Shown here: in pieces, positions 53,105 to 63,792 of the stretch
Layout of the letters: each line of letters opens with the position of its first letter
Numbering within the stretch: the stretch's first letter is position 1
Source of the DNA: an uncultured delta proteobacterium
Lineage (GTDB): Bacteria > Desulfobacterota > Syntrophia > Syntrophales > UBA2185
NCBI GenBank assembly: GCA_963695875.1
Contig: CAVOID010000003.1
Coordinates: forward strand, 384,001 to 448,000
Direction: 5' to 3'
DNA: 64,000 nt
Program-made: the position numbers and the translations under genes
Notes under the pieces: generated by a model
What the model was told of the DNA's origin: nothing
Database searches by the model: none
What the model saw: the letters and a program-made list of their open reading frames with translations, nothing else

Positions 53105-55108
53105 ATGAACAAGTTCCAAATCGTTACTGAATTTGAACCGAAGGGTGACCAGACAAAGGCCATCGCGGAGCTTGTCGAAGGCGTTGAAAAAGGGGCGCCC
53201 CACCAGGTTCTTCTGGGGGTGACGGGTTCGGGAAAGACCTTTACCATCGCCAACGTCATTCATGCCGTGCAGAGGCCCGCTCTGGTTATTGCGCACAATA
53301 AGACCCTGGCGGCGCAGCTCTATGGTGAATTCAAGATGCTGTTTCCGGAGAATGCCGTCGAGTACTTTGTCAGTTACTATGACTACTATCAGCCTGAGGC
53401 CTATATTCCCAGTACTGATACATATATTGAGAAGGATTCCTCGATCAACGAGGAAATCGATAAGCTGCGCCATTCCGCGACCCATTCCCTGTTGGAGCGG
53501 AACGACGTCATCATTGTGGCAAGTGTGTCCTGCATTTATGGCCTCGGTTCTCCTGAGGCCTATTACGGTATGCTGCTCCGCCTGGAAGAGGGTATGGAGA
53601 TTCCAAGGGATGAGATGCTGGGTCGGCTGGTGGAGATTCAGTATGAGCGTAATGACATTGATTTTCATCGGGGTACATTTCGAGTCCGGGGTGATGTCGT
53701 GGAAATCTTTCCGCCGTACGAAGAGGAAAAGGCAATCCGGGTGGAATTTTTCGGAGATACTATCGAGTCCATCTCCATGGTGGATCCCCTCCGGGGAAAA
53801 AAACTGAGTGCCGTCCAAAAAATGGCCGTCTATCCCGGCAGTCACTATGTGACGACGAGAGACAATTTGAAGCGTGCCATATCGGCGATCAGGGAAGAGC
53901 TTGGAGAGAGGCTCCGGGAGCTGCATAGGGAGAAAAAGCTGCTTGAGGCGCAGAGACTGGAGCAGAGAACAAACTTCGATATGGAAATGATGGAAGAGAT
54001 GGGCTACTGCCAGGGAATCGAAAATTATTCACGGCACCTCACAGGCAGGAAGTCGGGGGAACCCCCTCCTACCCTGATGGAATACCTCCCGGATAGTGCA
54101 CTGGTCATCATTGATGAAAGCCACGCCACCATTCCTCAATTGGTCGGTATGTACCGAGGTGATAGATCACGAAAGGAGACACTGGTAAACCATGGCTTCC
54201 GCCTACCATCCGCCTTGGATAACCGGCCCTTGATGTTTGCAGAATACGAAGGCTTCGGGAAACAGAGGATATACGTATCGGCTACGCCGGCGGTATATGA
54301 GCTGAAGAAAGCCCGGGGACGAGTTGCGGAGCAGATCATACGACCCACTGGCCTGATGGACCCAGAGATCATTGTGAAGCCTGTAAGCCATCAGGTTGAC
54401 GATCTCCTCGCAGAGATCCGTGACAGGGAAAAAAAAGGCGAGCGGGTTCTGATAACTACCCTGACCAAGAGGATGGCGGAGAATCTGAGTGCCTACTACC
54501 AGAATCTCGGTGTCAGGGTGAAGTATCTTCATTCCGATATCCATACCCTGGAGCGGGTCAGCATTATTCGGGACCTGCGTTTAGGGGAATTTGATGTCTT
54601 GGTCGGAGTTAACCTTTTGCGGGAGGGCCTCGATATTCCTGAGGTGTCTCTGGTTGCTATTTTAGACGCCGACAAAGAAGGTTTTCTGCGCTCTGAGAGA
54701 TCACTGATTCAGACCAGCGGGAGGGCTGCCAGAAATGTTTCGGGGCAGGTGATCATGTATGCCGATAAGATAACCGACTCAATCAAGAGCTGTCTTAGTG
54801 AGACAAAAAGGCGAAGGGAAATCCAGAGGCGCTATAATGAAGAACACCATATCACCCCCGAGTCCATTAAAAAATCCATCCATGATATCCTTGCATCTGT
54901 CTATGAAGCCGATTATGTTACAGTGCCTGTTGTTTCAGAAGACAGGAAAATTTATGTTCCGGAAAATGAACTGCCGGTCATGATCAAGAGATTGAAAGAG
55001 GAAATGAAGGAGGCAGCGAAAAATCTCGAGTTTGAGAAGGCGGCGGAGCTCCGGGATCAGATCAAGGAATATACCGGCATTTTGCTGGAAATGGGAGGCG
55101 AGGTTTGA
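53105..55108 (+). CDS. uvrB: Excinuclease ABC subunit B
   Basis: [49 protein letters not shown]. Confidence 0.99.
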   Translation: MNKFQIVTEFEPKGDQTKAIAELVEGVEKGAPHQVLLGVTGSGKTFTIANVIHAVQRPALVIAHNKTLAAQLYGEFKMLFPENAVEYFVSYYDYYQPEAYIPSTDTYIEKDSSINEEIDKLRHSATHSLLERNDVIIVASVSCIYGLGSPEAYYGMLLRLEEGMEIPRDEMLGRLVEIQYERNDIDFHRGTFRVRGDVVEIFPPYEEEKAIRVEFFGDTIESISMVDPLRGKKLSAVQKMAVYPGSHYVTTRDNLKRAISAIREELGERLRELHREKKLLEAQRLEQRTNFDMEMMEEMGYCQGIENYSRHLTGRKSGEPPPTLMEYLPDSALVIIDESHATIPQLVGMYRGDRSRKETLVNHGFRLPSALDNRPLMFAEYEGFGKQRIYVSATPAVYELKKARGRVAEQIIRPTGLMDPEIIVKPVSHQVDDLLAEIRDREKKGERVLITTLTKRMAENLSAYYQNLGVRVKYLHSDIHTLERVSIIRDLRLGEFDVLVGVNLLREGLDIPEVSLVAILDADKEGFLRSERSLIQTSGRAARNVSGQVIMYADKITDSIKSCLSETKRRREIQRRYNEEHHITPESIKKSIHDILASVYEADYVTVPVVSEDRKIYVPENELPVMIKRLKEEMKEAAKNLEFEKAAELRDQIKEYTGILLEMGGEV

Positions 55109-55425
55109 GAAAGCGTTTTCCAATTGCAGCAATATTTATAAGCGTCTTATTACTGGTTTTTGCTAAACTCGTACTTGCTGAAAATCTGACAGATCAAGTG
55201 AGCGGGAATATTCGGGCGAGAATAAATGCGGCGGAAGTATCCTCTCAGTCTGCATGTGTGGATGCAGTATTATGGAGGTCTGAGCTGCTGCCAAAATTTT
55301 ATGCCGAGCGGGAATTTCGGCCCGCCTGGAGCGATGATTACGCTCCGATTCCCTATGTGGAGGATTTCTTCGAAGTGATCAGTGAAGACTGCTTCGTGAG
55401 GGGCAGAAGGGAGACTGCTTCATAA
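55105..55425 (+). pseudogene. N-terminal fragment of a secreted protein resembling the scaffold of YcbB-type L,D-transpeptidases
   Basis: Signal peptide and LLPKFYAEREFRPAWS; ORF ends at a palindromic repeat with no catalytic domain. Confidence 0.5.
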
Positions 55426-55512
55426 TGTCATTACGAGTGAAACGGACGAAGCAACCTCAGAAGGCTGTGAATACAAAGATTGCCACGTTCTCTCCGGTCG
55501 CTCGCAATGACA
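55426..55512. repeat. REP-like palindromic element (GTCATTGCGAG...CTCGCAATGAC type)
   Basis: TGTCATTACGAG / CTCGCAATGACA arms with inner GAAGCAACCT / AGATTGCCAC. Confidence 0.8.
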
Positions 55513-55587
55513 CATTGATATTGTGACACAGTCTCTCTGCGGGAAAGACATTTCAAAATCAATTGTAAGAGCAATAGCTGCATTCTA

Positions 55588-57405
55588 ATGAGCAACGAAT
55601 TAACAGACAAGGTAAAAAATGCGCCCGCATCACCTGGCGTCTATCTCATGAAAGACAGGGATGGAAAAGTCATCTATGTCGGAAAGGCCAACAATCTGAG
55701 AAACCGCGTCAAGGCCTATTTCAGCAGGACAGACTCACGATTCATGATTCCTTTTCTTGTTTCCAAAGTTCATGATCTGGACTTCATCGTTACGAAAACG
55801 GAGAAGGAGGCCTTGATACTGGAGAACAACCTGATCAAGGAACACCGGCCCCGGTACAACGTTATTTTCAGGGATGATAAAACCTACTTCAACATACGAA
55901 TCAATTTAGATGATCCATTCCCGCGGTTCCAACTGGTCAGGCGTCCGAAAAAAGATGGATCCCAGTATTTTGGTCCGTATCCGTCGAGCGCTGCTGCAAA
56001 GGAAACACTCCGCTTTCTTCAGTCAATATTCCCTCTTCGTACATGCAGAGATCAGGAACTGAAAGGGAGAAAGAGGCATTGTCTTGAGTATGAAATCGGA
56101 AGATGCCTCGCACCCTGTGTCGGCCGGATTGATGAGCCGGCGTACCAGCGGCTGGTGCATGATAGCGTGGCATTCATGGAAGGGCGCGAGAAGAAACTGA
56201 TTGCAGATCTTCACGCACGGATGAATGCCGCATCAGATCAGTTGTACTTTGAAGAAGCAATCGCCTTGAGGGACAGAATTGCAGCTATTAAAGAGACGCT
56301 GGAGAAACAGAGGGTAGTATCCATGTCCTTCAAGGATCAGGATGTATTCGGTATTTATCGGGAGGGAAACCTGACTCAGATATGTATGCTGTATGTAAGA
56401 AAAGGCAAGATTATCGGGAAAAAGGTTTTCCCCCTTTTTAAGATAGGGAGCGTATCTTTTGAAATCCTGTCGTCTCTTATGAAACAATACTATGACGACG
56501 AGGCTTATATTCCTGACGAGATAGTTATTCCTGAAAATGTCGAAGACCAGGCAGTTATGGAGGAATGGCTCTCGGAGAAGAAAGGGGAAAGGGTTTCGAT
56601 AATCGTGCCCAAAAGAGGCGGGGGAATGGAGCTTCTCCACATTGCAGGAAGCAACGCTGAAAGCATGTTCGAGGTGGAAAAACATGCAACTGATACGGGG
56701 GAAACACTCAGCACACTTGCCGTAACGCTCAAATTAAAAAATATACCGGGCCAGATAGAGTGCTTTGATATTTCGAATATCGGCGGAAAATGTGCAGTCG
56801 GCTCCATGGTGACCTTTGCCGATGGGAGACCATGGAAGGCAGGATACAGGCGCTTTAGAATCAGGACTGTTGAGGAGGCTGATGATTATGCCATGATGTA
56901 TGAAGTCCTCAACCGCCGTTATATGAGAAAAGATAACCTCCCGGATCTGATCGTCGTGGACGGGGGAAAGGGACAGTTGGGGGTAGCGGCCGCTGTTCTG
57001 AAAGATCTGAATATAGAAGGAGTCGATATCATCGGTCTGGCGAAGAAGGGCAGGGGAAGGAAGACCAACAAGGGCGGGGATCGTGTTTATCTTATCGGAA
57101 AGAAGAATCCCGTTTACATTTCAAGATGGCCTGACGTCCTTTTTATGCTCCAGAGGGTGAGGGATGAAGCGCACAGGTTTGCTATTACATACCATCGTAA
57201 ATTGAAGAGCGAACGGGATTTCCAGTCTGTACTGGATACCATACCCGGCATTGGTGAATCGAAGAAAAAGGCATTGCTTAAATCCTTCGGCGATACCAGA
57301 AGGATCAGGGAAGCCTCGGTGGATGCACTGCAAAAGGCTGACGGCATCGGCAGAAAGATGGCTGAAAAAATCCATGCCTTTCTAATGGAACAGGCGGGAG
57401 AATAA
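55588..57405 (+). CDS. uvrC: Excinuclease ABC subunit C
   Basis: PGVYLM...IYVGKA (GIY-YIG), ECFDISN, DDYAMM, VDGGKGQL, RDEAHRFA, HhH motifs. Confidence 0.98.
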   Translation: MSNELTDKVKNAPASPGVYLMKDRDGKVIYVGKANNLRNRVKAYFSRTDSRFMIPFLVSKVHDLDFIVTKTEKEALILENNLIKEHRPRYNVIFRDDKTYFNIRINLDDPFPRFQLVRRPKKDGSQYFGPYPSSAAAKETLRFLQSIFPLRTCRDQELKGRKRHCLEYEIGRCLAPCVGRIDEPAYQRLVHDSVAFMEGREKKLIADLHARMNAASDQLYFEEAIALRDRIAAIKETLEKQRVVSMSFKDQDVFGIYREGNLTQICMLYVRKGKIIGKKVFPLFKIGSVSFEILSSLMKQYYDDEAYIPDEIVIPENVEDQAVMEEWLSEKKGERVSIIVPKRGGGMELLHIAGSNAESMFEVEKHATDTGETLSTLAVTLKLKNIPGQIECFDISNIGGKCAVGSMVTFADGRPWKAGYRRFRIRTVEEADDYAMMYEVLNRRYMRKDNLPDLIVVDGGKGQLGVAAAVLKDLNIEGVDIIGLAKKGRGRKTNKGGDRVYLIGKKNPVYISRWPDVLFMLQRVRDEAHRFAITYHRKLKSERDFQSVLDTIPGIGESKKKALLKSFGDTRRIREASVDALQKADGIGRKMAEKIHAFLMEQAGE

Positions 57406-57410
57406 AAAGA

Positions 57411-57968
57411 ATGAGTTTTCCGTCTATTTTGGTCATCGCTATCGGCCTGGGTATGGACGCCTTTTCGGTGGCCATCGGTGTGGGAGCCGCTGCACGAATA
57501 ATATCATTTGGGCCGGTGTTTAGGCTTTCTTTTTTCTTTGGACTGTTCCAGGTTCTTATGCCCATGGCAGGGTGGTTTGCCGGGGTGTCGGTAGCAGATA
57601 TCATTGCGGGGTATGATCACTGGATGGCTTTCGGACTGCTTGCCTTTGTGGGCGGGAAAATGATTGCGGAGTCATTTAATGACGAAGCAAAGGTTTACTC
57701 AACTGACCCAACGAAAGGGTTGACCCTCATTATATTGTCGGTTGCTACGAGTATTGATGCCCTGGCTGTTGGTCTCAGCTTTGCCTTCTTGAAGATACCT
57801 ATTATCTATCCCAGTATTATCATCGGTATTGTCGCTTTTCTTATGACGGCTATCGGGATGTTCTTCGGTGAAAAGCTGGGGAAAATAGTCGGCAAGAGGG
57901 TGGGAATATTGGCTGGTCTTATCCTGATCGGTATAGGTGTGAAAATTCTGATCGAACATATGGTATAA
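57411..57968 (+). CDS. mntP: Manganese efflux pump MntP
   Basis: LGMDAFSV, FGLFQ, ATSIDALAVG. Confidence 0.93.
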   Translation: MSFPSILVIAIGLGMDAFSVAIGVGAAARIISFGPVFRLSFFFGLFQVLMPMAGWFAGVSVADIIAGYDHWMAFGLLAFVGGKMIAESFNDEAKVYSTDPTKGLTLIILSVATSIDALAVGLSFAFLKIPIIYPSIIIGIVAFLMTAIGMFFGEKLGKIVGKRVGILAGLILIGIGVKILIEHMV

Positions 57969-57990
57969 AGGGAAGGAGGCTTTGAGAAAC

Positions 57991-58545
57991 ATGAAGTCAG
58001 TTTATTATTCTTTAGTGACTACTGTCTTGGGTGATGTCGGAGTTGTCTGGAGGCAGAAAAGCGATACGCCAACCATCGTGAGAATCTTTCTTCCCACTGA
58101 ATGTGAAGGGATGGATAGCCTTATCCGACAGTCATTTCCCGGTGTCATCAGGCAGTCACATGGTTTGATGGATCAGGTGTGCGAGAACATCCGGGAATCG
58201 CTGGCAGGACAGGATGTGACATTTCCTCGAAAGATCATCGATATGAGCATATGCCGTGAATTTCAGAGAAAGGTGCTTAGCCAGGCCACGAGGATTCCGA
58301 AGGGAAGGGTCAGTACTTACGGCAGGCTTGCGACGAGGATCGGAATCCCCAAAGGTGCAAGAGCGGTGGGGCGTATCCTTGCGGGAAATCCTTATCCCCT
58401 AATTGTCCCCTGCCATCGGATTGTACAGGCTGACGGAAGCTTGTGTGGTTTCGGAGGTGGCTTGAAGATGAAAAAAGACCTCCTCAATATGGAGGGCGTA
58501 GCATTTGATTCAAAAGAAAGAGTATTGCCGCGATTTTTCTTGTGA
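57991..58545 (+). CDS. ogt: Methylated-DNA-protein-cysteine methyltransferase
   Basis: IPKGRVSTYG, ARAVG, NPYPLIVPCHRIV. Confidence 0.93.
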   Translation: MKSVYYSLVTTVLGDVGVVWRQKSDTPTIVRIFLPTECEGMDSLIRQSFPGVIRQSHGLMDQVCENIRESLAGQDVTFPRKIIDMSICREFQRKVLSQATRIPKGRVSTYGRLATRIGIPKGARAVGRILAGNPYPLIVPCHRIVQADGSLCGFGGGLKMKKDLLNMEGVAFDSKERVLPRFFL

Positions 58546-58557
58546 GTGTATGTGGTA

Positions 58558-59709
58558 TCAGGCTTGTTTTCGTTGTTTTTGGACATCTTTTATAACCGCC
58601 AGGTTATCCCGGTGGATGATTTCATCATAATCCTTGTACCCTAAGACCTGTTCAATCCTGGACGTCTTCAGTCCCATAATCTTTCTGATATCCGAGGAGT
58701 TATAATTAACGAGCCCCTTGGCCAGTTGAGTTCCTTCCGTATCGACACAGGTTACCGGGTCACCGATACTGAAATCACCCTCTACGTTGGTTATACCTGA
58801 CGGAAGCAGGCTCTTCCCTTCCTTAATGATAGCCGTTTTTGCCCCTTCATCAAGAAACAGTTTGCCGTGAGACTTCAAGGTAAAGGCTATCCAGTACTTT
58901 TTGCTGCTCAGGTGTTCGCTCGTGGGCAGAAAGAGGGTTCCTATTTCTTTGCCTGCGAAAATATCATGCAGAACACCCTTCTTTTTGCCGGGGGCTATAA
59001 CGCATGGGATGCCCGATGCAGTCACCGCTTTGGCAGCAATGACCTTGCTTTTCATGCCGCCCAATCCGACCTCTGTCGTTTCATCTGTTGCCGCTGACTC
59101 TATCTCTTCCGTAAACTCTTTTACCAGGGTGATGAGTTTTGCCTTTTTTGATTTTGAGGGACTCCGGTCGTACAGCCCTTCCGTGCTGGTCAGATTGATC
59201 AGAAGTTGTCCGTCAATAATATTTGTGATCATTGCGGCAAGATGATCGTTATCACCGAATTTGATTTCATCAACGGCTACCGAGTCATTCTCGTTGATAA
59301 TGGGGATAACCCCCCAGTCAATGATAGTGGATAGGGTATTGCGTACATTCAAAAATCGTTTTCTGTCTGTCAGGTCACTCATTGTCAGGAGGATCTGGGC
59401 AACGAAGATGCTGTATTTTCCGAAGGAATTGGAATAAACCCTCATGAGCCTGCTCTGTCCGATAGCAGCAGCAGCCTGTTTCTGGGGCATGCTTTTCAGT
59501 TTGCCCGTTATCCCCATTCTGTGTTTCCCGGAGGCAATGGCGCCTGAGGTAACAATCACAATCTGGTACCCCTCTTTCGTGAGTTGCGCAATCTCATCAA
59601 CGAGTTGTTCTATAATCTGAAGATCAAGACCATCCTCACCCGTTAAGACAGCACTGCCGATTTTAATGAGAACGCGCTTCACCTTTGCCAGGATTGTTTT
59701 CCGCGCCAT
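58558..59709 (-). CDS. proB: Glutamate 5-kinase
   Basis: KIGSAVLT, VTSGAI, INENDSV, FGDND, PUA domain, IHRDNL. Confidence 0.97.
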   Translation of the reverse strand: MARKTILAKVKRVLIKIGSAVLTGEDGLDLQIIEQLVDEIAQLTKEGYQIVIVTSGAIASGKHRMGITGKLKSMPQKQAAAAIGQSRLMRVYSNSFGKYSIFVAQILLTMSDLTDRKRFLNVRNTLSTIIDWGVIPIINENDSVAVDEIKFGDNDHLAAMITNIIDGQLLINLTSTEGLYDRSPSKSKKAKLITLVKEFTEEIESAATDETTEVGLGGMKSKVIAAKAVTASGIPCVIAPGKKKGVLHDIFAGKEIGTLFLPTSEHLSSKKYWIAFTLKSHGKLFLDEGAKTAIIKEGKSLLPSGITNVEGDFSIGDPVTCVDTEGTQLAKGLVNYNSSDIRKIMGLKTSRIEQVLGYKDYDEIIHRDNLAVIKDVQKQRKQA

Positions 59710-59712
59710 ATT

Positions 59713-60723
59713 TTAAATTACCTTTTCCATGTGCAGAGTTTTTGTGATTTCATTTATCACAGTGCCAATTCCTTCCCCGGTTACTGCGGAAAATGCCAAT
59801 ACCTTTATGCCTTTTTTTTCAAATATGTCAATTTCTTTTTTGATTCTTTCCCTGGTTGCCGGAAGATCGATTTTATTGATGGCAACAACCTGAGGCTTTT
59901 CCATCAAGGCAGGGCTGAAAAGTGCAAGTTCACGGTTGATAGTTTCAAAATCCTGCCAGGCATCACTACATGATTCATCGGAAATATCGAGTATATGGAG
60001 CAGAGCAGATGTTCTTTCAATATGACGCAGAAATCGTGTTCCCATTCCCATGCCTTCGTGGGCACCTTTGATCAAACCGGGAATATCGGCAATGACAAAG
60101 GTTTCGTGGGTCCCGTACTTTACGACACCTAAATGCGGCACTAACGTTGTGAAAGGATAGTCGGCGATTTTGGGTCTTGCAGCTGAGACTTTAGATATGA
60201 AAGTCGATTTTCCGACATTGGGAAGACCGATAATGCCCACATCTGCTAAGAGCTTCAGTTCAAGGTTAATCCAGCGTTCCTCACCCTTTATCCCCCCTTG
60301 TGCGTAACGGGGTGCCTGGTTGGTTGATGTTGCAAACCATGCGTTACCCTTGCCGCCGCCGCCTCCCTTCGCAACAATACAACTCTGTCCTTCAAGTGCA
60401 AGATCAGCCAGAAGCTCGCCGGTATCCGCATCCTTAACAAGTGTGCCTACGGGAACAATGATTTCAACATCCGGAGAATCCTTGCCGGTTCTGTCGCTCC
60501 CTTTTCCATGTCCTCCATGTTTTGCCACGTGGTGCTGTTTGTACTTAAGATCAAGCAGGGTTCTGTGACTGCTTTCGGCACGGATAATTATATCACCTCC
60601 TCGGCCGCCATTTCCGCCATCCGGCCCACCGCGGGGGACGAACTTCTCCCTTCTGAAACTTACACAACCTCGGCCGCCATCGCCCGCCTTCACATAGATT
60701 TTTGCTTCGTCAATGAATTTCAT
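59713..60723 (-). CDS. obgE: GTPase ObgE
   Basis: FIDEA, GGPDGGNGG, GLPNVGKST, YPFTT, DIPG, NKID. Confidence 0.98.
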   Translation of the reverse strand: MKFIDEAKIYVKAGDGGRGCVSFRREKFVPRGGPDGGNGGRGGDIIIRAESSHRTLLDLKYKQHHVAKHGGHGKGSDRTGKDSPDVEIIVPVGTLVKDADTGELLADLALEGQSCIVAKGGGGGKGNAWFATSTNQAPRYAQGGIKGEERWINLELKLLADVGIIGLPNVGKSTFISKVSAARPKIADYPFTTLVPHLGVVKYGTHETFVIADIPGLIKGAHEGMGMGTRFLRHIERTSALLHILDISDESCSDAWQDFETINRELALFSPALMEKPQVVAINKIDLPATRERIKKEIDIFEKKGIKVLAFSAVTGEGIGTVINEITKTLHMEKVI

Positions 60724-60736
60724 AAAAAAGATATTT

Positions 60737-60766
60737 AAAAAAAAGAGGCACTTAAATAAGTGCCTC
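60737..60766 (-). terminator. Intrinsic terminator between csp and obgE
   Basis: GAGGCACTT-ATTT-AAGTGCCTC hairpin followed by T8 on the minus strand. Confidence 0.75.
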
Positions 60767-60835
60767 GAAGGAATTCACATGCATTGCATGAAATTTCCGG
60801 CCATTTTCACTAGATGGCCATAATAGTATAGCTTA

Positions 60836-61045
60836 TTATACTTTACGAACATTCACGGCTGCCTGTCCCTTATTATCCTGCTTTACCGTGAACTCTACAC
60901 GTTCCCCCTCTGCTAAACTGCGAAATCCCTCCCCGTCAATTGATGTGTAGTGAACAAAAACATCTTCTCCCGAGTCCCGGGAGATAAAACCATAGCCTTT
61001 CTTGTCGTTAAACCATTTAACAACGCCGGTTTCACGCTCGTCCAT
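60836..61045 (-). CDS. cspA: Cold-shock domain protein
   Basis: [27 protein letters not shown]. Confidence 0.95.
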   Translation of the reverse strand: MDERETGVVKWFNDKKGYGFISRDSGEDVFVHYTSIDGEGFRSLAEGERVEFTVKQDNKGQAAVNVRKV

Positions 61046-61079
61046 TTTCCTAAAAGCCTCCTCTTTATTTGAAAGCTGG

Positions 61080-61334
61080 CTATGAAGCGTAGACGCTTAC
61101 TTTTTTTCTTTTTTTGTCCAGCCTTTCATACATTACGATGCCATCAATCTTGGAAAAAATTGTGTAGTCTTTCCCGAGGCCGACATTATTGCCCGGATGG
61201 ATCTTAGTCCCGACCTGACGGACGATGATGGAACCAGCGTTGATCTTCTGGCCGCCAAACACCTTAATGCCCCGCCTCTGAGCATTGCTGTCCCTCCCGT
61301 TCCGGGAACTTCCCTGTCCCTTTTTATGTGCCAT
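61080..61334 (-). CDS. rpmA: 50S ribosomal protein L27
   Basis: [16 protein letters not shown]. Confidence 0.98.
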   Translation of the reverse strand: MAHKKGQGSSRNGRDSNAQRRGIKVFGGQKINAGSIIVRQVGTKIHPGNNVGLGKDYTIFSKIDGIVMYERLDKKRKKVSVYAS

Positions 61335-61346
61335 GCCATCCTCCGC

Positions 61347-61658
61347 TTAAATGGAAATTTCCTTTATCTTCATCCTTGTCAATTTCTGACGGTGTCCTGT
61401 TTTTTTCTTGAATCCTTTTCTTCTCTTCATCTTAAAGACATTAATTTTATTGGCCTTTATCTGTTCAATGATCTCACCGCTGACCCTTGCTCCCGTAAGA
61501 TATGGGGTGCCAACTTTGATGTCTTCTCCTCGGGAGACCATCAGTACCTCATCAAAAAAAACAATGTCTCCCTTACCACCATCTATTTTCTCGACTGCAA
61601 TTTTATCACCTTCCGAGACTCTATGCTGTTTTCCGCCTGTTTTTATGACCGCATACAT
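61347..61658 (-). CDS. rplU: 50S ribosomal protein L21
   Basis: [15 protein letters not shown]. Confidence 0.98.
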   Translation of the reverse strand: MYAVIKTGGKQHRVSEGDKIAVEKIDGGKGDIVFFDEVLMVSRGEDIKVGTPYLTGARVSGEIIEQIKANKINVFKMKRRKGFKKKTGHRQKLTRMKIKEISI

Positions 61659-61787
61659 ACAATATAATCCTTAACAAAAAATTTGGGTTGCACTTTATCG
61701 AAAAAAAACACCATTTGTCAACATAATTTATTGGGTTTTCTTTTTAAAAAGAAATTAAGTGGCGCCCCAGCCTTTTTGAAATACCCT

Positions 61788-62183
61788 TCAGCAAGGTTTC
61801 CCCTCAAAATAGGAATGGTACTTATACCTGTTTTTCTGTATATCCCAATACTTGGACAGAGCGAAATTGCGGGGGAATATAGGTTTGGATAGGTATGGCA
61901 GAGAATCTTTCTTGAAAGCATCAAGCAGTTCTTGAAAGACCGCGTCTTTTTTCTTATTGTTTACGAAGGATCGTTTTTTATTGTATTCGAAAGAGATTTC
62001 CGGTCCGAGGACTTGCCTTACAAGTTCAAAATGTTCGGTTTTAGTAAAATAAGATGATCTTAGTTCAACTTCAATCCTGATCAAAAGTTCAACCTTCGTC
62101 GTATCTGCCGCAATAGGTATGGATTTATCCCAGACTTCAAACTTAAGGCCATTGGCAAGTGGTATTTCTTCTACAAGTCTCAT
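61788..62183 (-). CDS. Hypothetical protein
   Basis: Clean ORF filling the gap; start uncertain (62183 or 62222). Confidence 0.6.
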   Translation of the reverse strand: MRLVEEIPLANGLKFEVWDKSIPIAADTTKVELLIRIEVELRSSYFTKTEHFELVRQVLGPEISFEYNKKRSFVNNKKKDAVFQELLDAFKKDSLPYLSKPIFPRNFALSKYWDIQKNRYKYHSYFEGKPC

Positions 62184-62360
62184 AATACCTAATATGCTAT
62201 CATCTTTATACTTGACCTGCAATGGTATTCCTCATATAAGGGGGCGTAAATACGGTTGCAGATATGAAGGTAAAGACAGAGATTACAGCCCCGCCCGGGC
62301 GGTGAGACTTCATCTGGAATACAAGTTTTTGATGCATACCTTCAAAACCATGATCTTCAA

Positions 62361-63245
62361 ATGAATGATGACCAATTCATCCATCTGTGCCAGCCGGATG
62401 CATACAAATCCTGCGGGGCATGTTGTGGACTCTATAATTACGCAAAAAGCACGAAGCAATGTCTTGCCGGACGTCTAAGAGAAAGAACGGATCGTTTCCG
62501 CAAAACTGTCAAGTGCCCAGGAGACATATCAGGTTTTTCTGAGATGATAAAAATGTCAGAAGACCAGACAAAAATATATGATGTCATCTACTGCTGCGAA
62601 TATCTTGGTTTTCTCGATGAAGAGGAAAAGAAGGTAGGCTGTCTCCTACATCCACAGCAGAACAATGGTTCAGACCTGAGGGACGCCTCCTTCTACGGGA
62701 GAGGGCTCTGCGAAGGACATCTCTGCCCCAGCTATCATTATCTGACTAGAGAAGAAAAGCTGGCTCTGATGAATGTTACAGACGACTGGTACCTTTATGG
62801 CCTGTGTGTGACAGATATCGATCTCGCAAAATCATATTTTCGCATGGTCTGCGAGAGGGTGTGTGAAATGCCGTCACCTGACAGATTTAAAGAGGGTGCT
62901 TTCAAAGACATCGTCCTTCGTTTTTTTTCCTTCAAGATTTCCTGGCCTTTTCGGTCTTATGCATCCAATCGCTTCGGCAAGTATTATTTTGATGGTTCGG
63001 AATATATGATCAGCCGCATAGATTACAGGGCGCTTGGCTCTGAGGGATCACGATTCGACAGTATTTTCCTTAGCCTTTCTTCCGAGTTTAGAAATCTGCA
63101 GGAACTGAAGGAGGCAGAAGACCTGATACAGGCGAACATTGATGAATTTGCGAATACGTATTCATGTTTTTCAGTACCCGTTATTGGAGTGTCTGATGGG
63201 CGAAGTGAAAAAGGAGATTCTCATTTCCAAACCGGAAATCGATGA
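62361..63245 (+). CDS. Cysteine-rich conserved hypothetical protein, possible Fe-S or Zn binding
   Basis: C-x7-CGACC, YCCEY, GCLLHP, LCEGHLCPS; the 3' end overlaps hpt by 50 nt and may be extended by an indel. Confidence 0.7.
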   Translation: MNDDQFIHLCQPDAYKSCGACCGLYNYAKSTKQCLAGRLRERTDRFRKTVKCPGDISGFSEMIKMSEDQTKIYDVIYCCEYLGFLDEEEKKVGCLLHPQQNNGSDLRDASFYGRGLCEGHLCPSYHYLTREEKLALMNVTDDWYLYGLCVTDIDLAKSYFRMVCERVCEMPSPDRFKEGAFKDIVLRFFSFKISWPFRSYASNRFGKYYFDGSEYMISRIDYRALGSEGSRFDSIFLSLSSEFRNLQELKEAEDLIQANIDEFANTYSCFSVPVIGVSDGRSEKGDSHFQTGNR

Positions 63246-63723
63246 TAGGGTTCAGCGGTTGGCCGATGAAATTTCCCGGGATTATGAGGGGAAAGAGTTG
63301 GTCCTAATCGGTATTCTTAAAGGCGCGTTTGTATTTATGGCTGACCTGATCCGGTGCCTTCGTATTCCATGCGAGGTTGATTTTGTCAGGCTGGCAAGCT
63401 ATGGTGCAGGAACTGTTAGCTCGGGAAATATCATGATCACCAAGGATATTGAGACACCAATACGCGGCAGAGATGTTATTATTGTGGAGGACATTGTAGA
63501 TACAGGCCTGACCCTGTCTTTTTTAGTTGATAAACTCAAGGAAAGAGAGCCAGAATCATTAAAGGTATGCGTCCTTCTAGATAAAAAAGAGAGGAGAAAG
63601 GTTCCGTTTGAAGCCGAGTATGTAGGCTTTGATATACCGGACCGTTTTGTTGTGGGATATGGTCTTGATTTCAATGAAATGTATCGATTCCTGCCGGATG
63701 TTTGTGCCATCGAGGAAAACTAA
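63196..63723 (+). CDS. hpt: Hypoxanthine phosphoribosyltransferase
   Basis: ILKGAFVFMADL, IVEDIVDTGLTL, FVVGYGLD. Confidence 0.97.
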   Translation: MGEVKKEILISKPEIDDRVQRLADEISRDYEGKELVLIGILKGAFVFMADLIRCLRIPCEVDFVRLASYGAGTVSSGNIMITKDIETPIRGRDVIIVEDIVDTGLTLSFLVDKLKEREPESLKVCVLLDKKERRKVPFEAEYVGFDIPDRFVVGYGLDFNEMYRFLPDVCAIEEN

Positions 63724-63792
63724 TGAACAATTTAACCTTTACAAAAGAGAATATAAAAGTGAGGGTACTATTTTCCATTAAATGGAGGGTAC

